This document shows positions 1 to 11,786 of a stretch of 64,000 nt of DNA, one piece after another. A program made the translations under genes and the position numbers. How positions within the stretch are numbered: position 1 is the stretch's first letter; each line of letters opens with the position of its first letter. The stretch is from the NCBI RefSeq assembly GCF_031769215.1, contig NW_026782217.1, positions 620,001 through 684,000 of the forward strand, read 5' to 3'. The stretch comes from Ylistrum balloti (Eukaryota). The notes under the pieces were generated by a model. It did not search any database and was not told the origin of the DNA. It saw only the letters and a list, made by a program, of their open reading frames with translations.

Positions 1-1560
1 GAGAGAAGTCGGGCAAAAATGTACAAAAAAGTACAAACCGAGAGAAGCCAGTTACGTGCGCCTCTTGAAAGAATAAAACTTTACCTGTAAACATTATGCA
101 TTGCTAGCTGAGGTATATTCCATATTTTACGTATCAAATAGAACATTGCCATACACACACATGGAATGCGCGAACAACTGCGAAGTTGAAACAATAAACG
201 TTAATGTTGATTTGGCAAACATCAACAGGATTTATAGGGAGTTGGTCGGGACAAGTTTTTAAACATTTCAACAACCACAGAAGAACAAACATCATTTATT
301 TAAGAAAAGATTCTGCAAGGCTAATTATGTGAGACTTTTCTTGGAAATGAATATATCTAATTGCAGTAAAAGTCAAGGATGCTGGACAAAGAACATGGAA
401 ACTATTCGATCCAAATGTTTCGAAAATGCATTCAACTCGTTCTTGGATGTTGAAATATTAGATTGATCAATATATCAGTAGAAAAAAGATTGGTAGGAAA
501 TAAGAAAAATAACAAAAACTCAAAGCTTTGTCTAAAAAAAGTGTCTCTTTAATGGAAAGAAATAGGAAAGTAGCGAAAGCAAAAAACTAGAAATATAACA
601 GTAGGAAGCTCGATGATAAAATTGATTTGAACGCTCCAAAATATAAGGTTGAATGCATTTGACAGAAACATGAAATCATGTGCTCTGGTTTGAGCCAAAT
701 ATGAAGGGTAGATTAAAAATGGTGCACGAGTTTTCAAAAAGTCGCATTTGCATAAATAGACATCTCTCTAAATTCTTCTGTGTATCTAGGTTAGTAAAAC
801 AGGGATGCCCTATAGCACTGATTCTATAAATCATCCATGTTGAGACTTGAGCATGCTCTATTAGAAATGACAGTTATATAAATGGTAATGAGAAACGTAA
901 CGACATCAGTTCATAATGTCAGACAGACATTAACAGGTGTGTAGACGATTCTCAGCTTCTTGCTAGTTGCAAAAACAGCCTGCCTAAAATATTCAACACT
1001 TACCCAGAAATGAAAACCTATTGGGAGCAAAAGTTAAAAAGGATTTAAAAAAATGACTGTGTTTAGAAATATGGGAACAAAAAATGTTCAAAAAGGGAAA
1101 TTTCGTGGTTAAAAGACAACATCAAAGCACTTGGCATATACCATGGCTACAAAACTGAGCAATATAAGGTATAAATATACAAAATAACGAAGATGCAGGA
1201 CATGTTGATGCAATGGAAAAAGAGAAATAATTACAACAATTGAAGAGAAAGCCCTGATAAAGTACACGTAAATATATTTTTTCAGTAATATATATATATA
1301 TCCCAAAATACTTTTCCTCATTAACATAAAGATTTAAATAAAATACCTTATGTAAGTATTTCTATGGAAAAGTGAAATTCGAAAAGTGTCAAAGTATTGT
1401 TTCTGATTACGATCAAAGCATGGCCTGAGTATGCTGGATACAGAAATAAAATCAAAGTCAAGCACAAAAACGGCTTTACCAGAATGACGTCTTGCCTCAC
1501 TTGGAAGTTTTCATAACAAGCCATGCTTTTAACATTTAACATGGATATAATCACACCGTT

Positions 1561-1785
1561 TCAATCATTAATTGACGGAGTTCTTTCTGCCGGAAGTGTC
1601 GTCATATACTCATTTCTATTCTTAGAAGATAGCAATCTTTCCTTTTCCGATGTTTTGGTGTTGTTTTCATCGATTGTGTCCTTAAGAGGAACACCTTTGG
1701 TCTCTGGTACAAACATTGTACAGAATGCGGACAAGAGCATGAGACCTCCACATAAGAAATACATAATCCCTGGAACACGATTATT
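1561..1785 (-). CDS. SLC22: SLC22 transporter, terminal coding exon 8
   Basis: TTTCAG|AAT; NNRVPGIMYFLCGGLMLLSAFCTMFVPETKGVPLKDTI (PETKG motif) to TGA at 1563-1561. The eight exons sum to 1602 nt = 533 aa + stop. Confidence 0.93.
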   Translation of the reverse strand, partial: NNRVPGIMYFLCGGLMLLSAFCTMFVPETKGVPLKDTIDENNTKTSEKERLLSSKNRNEYMTTLPAERTPSIND

Positions 1786-2128
1786 CTGAAATAAACAAGA
1801 AAATAAGTTTTTGTCATATTAAAACAGTTCAACTTGTTATACTAACATGTATAATATTTTTCTGTTTCATTATGGAAATCTGGGTTTCGTCCTTAAATGT
1901 CTTTTTGTACAAGATAGTTATACATATGTGCTTTGCACGTGCACACGTTATGTAGTTCAAGTGCTATTAAAACTCATTTGGATATTTATACGTTATATGT
2001 GGAAAATAGAATTACAGAATTTATCTAATTATGGGGCTGCTGCACCTCCCCGTCTAGATTTTGAATTTTCTTTTCATCACTTTGGATTTTCCTTTGTCGC
2101 TTCCTAAGCTTCAAACTTTAGGCCCTTG

Positions 2129-2172
2129 GCATCACTGACGAGTCCTAGAGGGACGAAACAGCTGTATGATGC
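2129..2172 (+). ncRNA. Single minimal type I hammerhead ribozyme motif
   Basis: GCAUCA-CUGACGA-GUCC(UAGAG)GGAC-GAAA-C(AGCU)G-UA-UGAUGC with a perfect 6-bp stem I. Predicted cleavage after 2166. Confidence 0.85.
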
Positions 2173-2821
2173 AATTAAATTCATTGTTTGCTTCTACTGT
2201 ATCCCACTCTAAATTATGAAAAGGCGCTATTCACTTGTGTGTCTTTTGTACAATCTCTTGCGAAGACTAAAAGATTGTCGGATATTGCTTAAACAGCGAT
2301 TTATCAGAAAAAAGTTCAACAGAGCAAACGAGTTAGCCGTAATTGAGTCAGCAAGATATTGTTGTATGATATGCCCAAAAATCAAAATAAGGTTGAGCTT
2401 CATAGATCAGTTATATGAAACAGATTCCTTAAACAACTTATTGTGAACAGGTCCTTAATTCAAACTTAAACTCAATAAAGTTATGGCAAATATGATTAAA
2501 ACAATGTTTTAATTGAATACGCATGAAACTATACAAGGAGAATCAACCAGATGTTTCGGAATGGTAAACGTCTGCAACTTCAACGATAACACCTATCAAC
2601 AAAATTTTACTCAATCCAAGTAATTAATAACATGTTCCTCATGAGAACAAAGCAAACAATGACGAAATCACAAATCATAACATAGAACATCAAACGCATC
2701 CATCTTCATATTGAAAAAAAAGCCAGGACACATCCCAATGAGGCTAGCATGACGACCGTTAACATTTTAAACACACTAGGTGCGAATACAGCATCCGTTT
2801 GATTGACAAAACGGTACCGCT

Positions 2822-5800
2822 AAACAATGTGAGACATACCCATCAATAAGACAAACAATGTGAGATACACCCATTAATAAGACAAACAATGTGAGACATA
2901 CCCATCAATAAGACAATGTGAGACATACCCATCAATAAGACAATGTGAGACATACCCATCAATAAGACAAACAATGTGAGACATATCCATTAATAAGATA
3001 AACACTGTGAGACATACCCATCAATAAGACAATGTGAGACATACCCATCAATAAGATAAACAATGTGAGACACACCCATCAATAAGACAATGTGAGACAT
3101 ACCCATCAATAAGATAAACAATGTGAGACATACCCATCAATAAGATAAACAATGTGAGACATACCCATCAATAAGATAAACAATGTGAGACATACCCATC
3201 AATAAGATAAACAATGTGAGACATACCCATCAATAAGACAAACAATATGAGACACACCCATCAATAAGACAAACAATGTGAGACATACCCATCAATAAGA
3301 TAAACAATGTGAGACACACCCATCAATAAGACAAACAATGTGAGACACACCCATCAATAAGATAAACAATGTGAGACATACCCATCAATAAGATAAACAA
3401 TGTGAGACATACCCATCAATAAGACAATGTGAGACATACCCATCAATAAGATAAACAATGAGAGACATACCCATCAATAAGACAAACAATGTGAGACATA
3501 CCCATCAATAAGATAAACAATGTGAGACATACCCATCAATAAGACAATGTGAGACATACCCATCAATAAGATAATGTGAGACATACCCATCAATAAGACA
3601 AACAATGTGAGACATACCCATGAATAAGACAATGTGAGACATACCCATCAATAAGACAAATAATGTGAGACACACCCATCAATAAGACAATGTGAGACAC
3701 ACCTATCAATAAGACAATGTGAGACAGAGCCATCAATAAGACAAACAATGTGAGACATACCCATCAATAAGATAAACAATGTGAGACATACCCATCAATA
3801 AGACAATGTGAGACATAGCCATCAGTAAGACAAACAATGTGAGACATACCCATCAATAAGACAATGTGAGACATACCCATCAATAAGATAAACAATGTGA
3901 GACATACCCATCAATAATAGAAACAATGTGAGACATACCCATCAATAAGACAAACAATGTGAGACATACCCATCAATAAGACAATGTGAGACATACCCAT
4001 CAATAAGATAAACAATGTGAGACACACCCATCAATAAGATAAACAATGTGAGACATACCCATCAATAAGATAAACAATGTGAGACACACCCATCAATAAG
4101 ACAAACAATGTGAGACATACCCATCAATAAACACACCCATCAGTAAGACAAACAATGTGAGACACACCCATCAATAAGACAAACAATGTGAGACATACCC
4201 ATCAATAAGATAAACAATGTGAGACACACCCATCAATAAGACAATGTGAGACATACCCATCAATAAGATAAACAATGTGAGACATACCCATCAATAAGAC
4301 AAACAATGTGAGACATACCCATCAATAAGATAAACAATGTGAGACATACCCATCAATAAGACAAACAATGTGAGACATACCCATCAATAAGACAAACAAT
4401 GTGAGACATACCCATCAATAAGACAAACAATGTGAGACATACCCATCAATAAGATAAACAATGTGAGACATACCCATCAATAAGACAAACAATGTGAGAC
4501 ATGTGAGACACCCATCAATAAGACAAACAATGTGAGACATACCCATCAATAAGACAAACAATGTGAGACATACCCATCAATAAGATAAACAATGTGAGAC
4601 ATACCCATCAATAAGATAAACAATGTGAGACATACCCATCAATAAGACAAACAATGTGAGACATACCCATCAATAAGACAAACAATGTGAGAGACAAACA
4701 ATGTGAGACATACCCATCAATAAGATAAACAATGTGAGACATACCCATCAATAAGATAAACAATGTGAGACATACCCATCAATAAGATAAACAATGTGAG
4801 ACATACCCATCAATAAGATCAATAAGACAATGTGAGACATACCCATCAATAAGATAAACAATGAGAGACATACCCATCAATAAGACAAACAATGTGAGAC
4901 ATACCCATCAATAAGACAAACAATGTGAGACATACCCATGAATAAGACAAACAATGTGAGACATACCCATCAATAAGACAATGTGAGGCATACCCATCAA
5001 TAAGACAATGTGAGACATACCCATCAATAAGACAAACAATGTGAGACACACCCATCAATAAGACAAACAATGTGAGACATACCCATCAATAAGATAAACA
5101 ATGTGAGACATACCCATCAATAAGACAAACAATGTGAGACATACCCATCAATAAGATAAACAATGTGAGACATACCCATCAATAAGACAAACAATGTGAG
5201 ACATACCCATCAATAAGACAAACAATGTGAGACATACCCATCAATAAGACAAACAATGTGAGACATACCCATCAATAAGATAAACAATGTGAGACATACC
5301 CATCAATAAGACAAACAATGTGAGACATACCCATCAATAAGACAATGTGAGACATACCCATCAATAAGATAAACAATGTGAGACATACCCATCAATAAGA
5401 TAAACAATGTGAGACATACCCATCAATAAGATAAACAATGTGAGAAACAATGTGAGACATACCCATCAGTAAGACAAACAATGTGAGACATACCCATCAA
5501 TAAGACAATCTGAGACATACCCATCAATAAGATAAACAATGTGAGACATACCCATCAATAAGACAATCACTGTGAGACATAGCCAGCAATAAGACAAACA
5601 ATGTGAGACATACCCATCAATAAGATAAACAATGTGAGACATACCCATCAATAAGACAATAAACAATGTGAGACATACCCATCAATAAGATAAACAATGT
5701 GAGACATACCCATCAATAAGATAAACAATGTGAGACATACCCATCAATAAGACAAACAATGTGAGACATACCCATCAATAAGACAAACAATGTGAGACAT

Positions 5801-8800
5801 ACCCATCAATAAGATAAACAATGTGAGACATACCCATCAATAAGATAAACAATGTGAGACATACCCATCAATAAGATCAATAAACAATGTGAGACATACC
5901 CATCAATAAGACAAACAATGTGAGACATACCCATCAATAAGATAAACAATGTGAGACATACCCATCAATAAGATAAACAATGTGAGACATACCCATCAAT
6001 AAGACAATGTGAGACATAGCCATCAATAAGACAAACAATGTGAGACATACCCATCAATAAGATAAACAATGTGAGACATACCCATCAATAAGATAAACAA
6101 TGTGAGACATAGCCATCAATAAGACAAACAATGTGAGACATAGCCATCAATAAGACAAACAATATGAGACACACCCATCAATAAGACAAACAATGTGAGA
6201 CATACCCATCAATAAGATAAACAATGTGAGACATACCCATCAATAAGACAAAACAATGTGAGACATACCCATCAATAATCAATAAGACAAACAATGTGAG
6301 ACATACCCATCAATAAGATAAACAATGTGAGACATACCATCAATAAGATAAACAATGAGACAACCCATCAATAAACAATGTGAGACATACCCATCAATAA
6401 GATAAACAATGTGAGACATACCCATCAATAAGATAAACAATGTGAGACATACCCATCAATAAGATAAACAATGTGAGACATACCCATCAATAATATAAAC
6501 AATGTGAGACATACCCATCAATAAGACAAACAATGTGAGAGACATACCCATCAATAAGATAAACAATGTGAGACACACCCATCAATAAGACAAACAATGT
6601 GAGACACACCCATCAATAAGATAAACAATGTGAGACATACCCATCAATAAGACAATGTGAGACATACCCATCAATAAGATAAACAATGTGAGACATACCC
6701 ATCAATAATATAAACAATGTGAGACATACCCATCAATAAGACAAACAATGTGAGACATACCCATCAATAAGACAATGTGAGACATACCCATCAATAAGAT
6801 AAACAATGTGAGACATACCCATCAATAAACAATGTGAGACATACCCATCAATAAGATAAACAATGTGAGACATACCCATCAATAAGACAAACAATGTGAG
6901 ACATACCCATCAATAAGATAAACAATGTGAGACATACTCATCAATAAGATAAACAATGTGAGACATACCCATCAATAAGACAATGTGAGACATACCCATC
7001 AATAAGACAAACAATGTGAGACATACCCATCAATAAGATAAACAATGTGAGACATACCCATCAATAAGATAAACAATGTGAGACATACCCATCAATAAGA
7101 TAAACAATGTGAGACATACCCATAAGACAAACAAATAAGACACACCCATCAATAAACAATAAGACAAACAATGTGAGACATACCCATCAATAAGATAAAC
7201 AATGTGAGACATACCCATCAATAAGATAAACAATGTGAGACATACCCATCAATAAGATAAACAATGTGAGACATACCCATCAATAAGATAAACAATGTGA
7301 GACATACCCATCAATAAGACAAACAATGTGAGACATACCCATCAATAAGACAAACAATGTGAGACATACCCATCAATAAGATAAACAATGTGAGACATAC
7401 CCATCAATAAGATAAACAATGTGAGACATACCCATCAATAAGATAAACAATGTGAGACATACCCATCAATAAGACAAACAATGTGAGACATACCCATCAA
7501 TAAGATAAGACAATCAATGAAAACAATGTGAGACATACCCATCAATAAGATAAACAATGTGAGACATACCCATAAGACAATGTGAGACAATAAGATAAAC
7601 AATGTGAGACATACCCATCAATAAGACAAACAATGTGAGACATACCCATCAATAAGACAAACAATGTGAGACATATACCCAATCATACCCATCAATAAAT
7701 AAACAATGTGAGACATACCCATCAATAAGACAATGTGAGACATACCCATCAATAAGATAAACAATGTGAGACATACCCATCAATAAGACAAACAATGTGA
7801 GACATACCCATCAATAAGATAAACAATGTGAGACATACCCATCAATAAGATAAACAATGTGAGACATACCCATCAATAAGATAAACAATGTGAGACATAC
7901 CCATCAATAAGATAAACAATGTGAGACATACCCATCAATAAGATAAACAATGTGAGACATACCCATCAATAAGATAAACAATGTGAGACATACCCATCAA
8001 TAAGATAAACAATGTGAGACATACCCATCAATAAGAAAATGTGAGACATACCCAACAATAAGAAAAACAATGTGAGACACACCCATCAATAAGACAAACA
8101 ATGTGAGACATACCCATCAATAAGATAAACAATGTGAGACATACCCATCAATAAGATAAACAATGTGAGAAACAATGAGACAACCCATCAATAAACAATG
8201 TGAGACATACCCATCAATAAGATGAGACATACCCATCAATGACAAACAATGTGAGACATACCCACAATAAGATAAACAATGTGAGACATACCCATCAATA
8301 AGATAAACAATGTGAGACATACCCATCAATAAGACAAACAACATACCCATCAATAAGATAAACAATGTGAGACATACCCATCAATAAGATAAACAATGTG
8401 AGACATACCCATCAATAAGAAAAACAATGTGAGACATACCCATCAATAAGATAAACAATGTGAGACATACCCATCAATAAGATAAACAATGTGAGACATA
8501 CCCATCAATAAGACAAACAATGTGAGACATACCCATCAATAAGACAAACAATGTGAGACATACCCATCAATAAGACAAACAATGTGAGACATACCCATCA
8601 ATAAGATAAACAATGTGAGACATACCCATCAATAAGATAAACAATGTGAGACATACCCATCAATAAGACAAACAATGTGAGACATACCCATCAATAAGAT
8701 AAACAATGTGAGACATACCCATCAATAAGATAAACAATGTGAGACATACCCATCAATAAGACAAACAATGTGAGACATACCCATCAATAAGACATACCCA

Positions 8801-9458
8801 TCAATAAGACAAACAATGTGAGACATACCCATCAATAAGATAAACAATGTGAGACATACCCATCAATAAGATAAACAATGTGAGACATACCCATCAATGT
8901 GAGACATACCCATCAATAAGATAAACAATGTGAGACATACCCATCAATAAGATAAACAATGTGAGACATACCCATCAATAAGATAAACAATGTGAGACAT
9001 ACCCATCAATAAGATAAACAATGTGAGACATACCCATCAATAAGACAAACAATGTGAGACATACCCATCAATAAGATAAACAATGTGAGACATACCCATC
9101 AGATAAGATAAACAATGTGAGACATACCCATCAATAAGATAAACAATGTGAGACATACCCATCAATAAGAAAAACAGAGACATACCCATCAATAAACAAT
9201 GTGAGACATACCCATCAATAAGATAAACAATGTGAGACATACCCATCAATAAGATAAACAATGTGAGACATACCCATCAATAAGATAAACAATGTGAGAC
9301 ATACCCATCAATAAGATAAACAATGTGAGACACACCCATCAATAAGATAAACAATGTGAGACACACCCATCAATAAGATAAACAATGTGAGACATACCCA
9401 TCAATAAGATAAACAATGTGAGACATACCCATCAATAAGACAAACAATGTGAAAACAT
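2822..9458. repeat. Minisatellite, 31-bp unit AAACAATGTGAGACATACCCATCAATAAGAY (27-bp variant), about 215 copies
   Basis: Read directly; 6.6 kb inside SLC22 intron 7. Confidence 0.98.
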
Positions 9459-9797
9459 CTCTGTTACAAAGACGCAGTAAACTTATGTAGGATAGTATTA
9501 AGTGCCCATGCACGAACGTAGCCTAGATATACTTGGGGACACGTTTTACTGACTGGTCTTAAACAGGTACATAAGTACGACCACCAAGTTTTAGTTTTGT
9601 ACTGGTCTCAAATGTTGGAACTAATCTGATTGTGTAATCTGTTTATGTGATTTCAAATAAAAATTGGTATTTGCCTTTCTTTTATACAATATAACAATTA
9701 ATTCAGTTCCCTTTAATTGATCTGGCGGCTATCACATACGATTTTCTGATCACAATGAAACGCATACAAACATTTTTTTTATTTGATACATTTCACT

Positions 9798-10010
9798 TAC
9801 TGTTAAATGATTAATTTTCGTGGGGATTTCTTTTCATTGGTTTCGTGTGTACTGTTGATCCGCGAAATCAAATGTCCACAAACTTTAAAAATATGTATAG
9901 ATAGATTAATTGAACTATAGTTATACAAGAAATCAGGTGTCCAAGGAATTTAATTGTTGTGAAAATACACGCAAATTAAGGCCCATGACGATAAGATTAC
10001 ATTACAATTA
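9798..10010. mobile_element. MITE-like element, same family as 42449-42654
   Basis: TACTGTTAAATGATTAATTTTCGTGGGGATTTC...AAATCAGGTGTCCAAGG...; the right TIR is degenerate. Confidence 0.45.
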
Positions 10011-10430
10011 AAAAGAAATATTTTTATCGTTTTAAGTCTTCACTAACACATGTCTATAGTTATGTTATTAAGCAAGTTATCATTCGAGAATGTATCTCGT
10101 CACCTGGTCTAGAACACCATGTCTTATTCTCCTGGGTGTTTTTCCGTGTGAATTATCCATATTTGGCTTCCTTTCTTATTTGGATTAGAGATACAATTGT
10201 TTTGATATGTTGTTTTGTTTTACCATTTAGATTTGCGTTTCACATACAGGTAAAGTAAAACCTGGGTGCTTGAACCCGGGGTATATCTACATGAAAATCG
10301 ATAGTTTTATGAAGTTTAGGGGAAATATTGATCATCAATCACACCTACGAGTAATGAAGTCACTGTGCCCGGAGGATATGTTGGTATTTCCAAGCCATAC
10401 CTAGGATAGTCACAGTTTTAATGCGGCATC

Positions 10431-10650
10431 CGGAAGTGTCGCTCTAGCTTTAATACCATGTCTAGTTGCAACATGATGTATACGATGATTCTGATTGGCT
10501 GACTGGGTTTTCACGTGAAGGGGTAGGCGAGTACGATTTTCATCAAACTGATCACAAACTTTGTAATATGAACCATAATTTACAAGAGAATACGACGGAG
10601 TCTAAACAGTCTGCCACTATATAGCATCACATTAGGTCATTGCCATCGCG
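10431..10650 (+). promoter_or_regulatory. Putative promoter of the nested gene
   Basis: CCGGAAGT (ETS-like, about 10431), reversed CCAAT (ATTGG 10494-10498), CACGTG E-box (10512-10517) and TATATAG (10618-10624), clustered upstream of the ORF. Confidence 0.45.
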
Positions 10651-10793
10651 CTTAAGTGGTACACTGACTGAAGACTATATTAACCCGAGTAAGCAGGATA
10701 TTGACACCAATAGAATATCCTCGTACACACTTCTACACATAGCCTTCAAACGGGATCATATTGCTAACAGAAAAAAAGCTGAAGTTAACAGTC

Positions 10794-11786
10794 ATGCGGG
10801 ATCTGTATGTGGCAGTACTTGTGCTGCTCTTTGTCTCCACAGTAACAGCAGGGGGCTACGGACACCGTCGAAAACACCACGCCAATATCTATGGTCATAA
10901 TATTATAAGAACATTCCCAACACATCAGCAATATTCCTTCGGTGGACAAACGTACTTTGAAAATCCGATTCAGAATAGATTTCAGTATGTTACCTATCAG
11001 AATCCTGTTATAACTGCGGCCACCGTCCCGTTTCAAGGTAATAGTGTGATAACTGCTACTGGAATACCTTCTTCTTTCGCAAATGGCGCCTTCACTGGAA
11101 CAATTGGAACGACAGGAGTTCTTCTACAACATCCTCCACAAAACATCTACCCGAGCCAGACTCTTAGACTCGCATACCCCAGTACTCCGGTTGTCCCAGG
11201 AAATGTAGGCAGTCCAGGAATGACATTCCTTTCGGGAGCAACACAGAGCGTGCCTTTTCAATCTCCTGGTACTATTAACCTAGGAACCCAGAGCATAACT
11301 GCAGGTGGAATACCAGTTTCTCCTCTTGGTACCACCATACAGACTTCAAATGGGCCATTTCCATCCTCAACACTAGCATCTCCAGTTGGAATCACCACCG
11401 GAAGTACAATAATTCAAAATGGAGCTGCTGGTGGGATCGTCCCATTCAGTACGCAGCCAACTTCCGTGAGCTTACCTACTTCGTCGATCGGAAATATCCA
11501 AAATGGTGTGGCATTCCAGGATGTCGGTTTTAATTTGCCCGTAACCTCCAATTCTGCTTTTGACTCGGTGCCACAAGCATACGAACAAGAGCAAAATGGT
11601 CTTAAAACTGGCGTACCAACACTTGGCAATCCATTCAATGTAGAGGAGAAAGTCGGAATCCCTGAATTCGGGGGTTGGGCTCCACCTGTTGTGAACGACA
11701 TTGTCATCAGGGAAGACAATGCACTTCCAACGAGAATACAACATCGATCACTGGCTTCTATACTGAGGAAATTTCACATGAAGTAG
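10794..11786 (+). CDS. Intronless secreted low-complexity protein (330 aa, G/T/S/P/Q/N-rich, no Cys), nested antisense in SLC22 intron 7
   Basis: 993-nt non-repetitive ORF in AT-rich DNA. MRDLYVAVLVLLFVSTVTA is a signal-peptide-like start, followed by GGYGHRRKHH. TATA-like upstream; AATAAA at about 12069. No family recognised. Confidence 0.8.
   Translation: MRDLYVAVLVLLFVSTVTAGGYGHRRKHHANIYGHNIIRTFPTHQQYSFGGQTYFENPIQNRFQYVTYQNPVITAATVPFQGNSVITATGIPSSFANGAFTGTIGTTGVLLQHPPQNIYPSQTLRLAYPSTPVVPGNVGSPGMTFLSGATQSVPFQSPGTINLGTQSITAGGIPVSPLGTTIQTSNGPFPSSTLASPVGITTGSTIIQNGAAGGIVPFSTQPTSVSLPTSSIGNIQNGVAFQDVGFNLPVTSNSAFDSVPQAYEQEQNGLKTGVPTLGNPFNVEEKVGIPEFGGWAPPVVNDIVIREDNALPTRIQHRSLASILRKFHMK

Noticed and set aside
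2822-9458. CRISPR-like look of the 31-bp and other arrays
   Set aside because: Units are contiguous with no unique spacers, there are no cas genes, and the context is eukaryotic and intronic.
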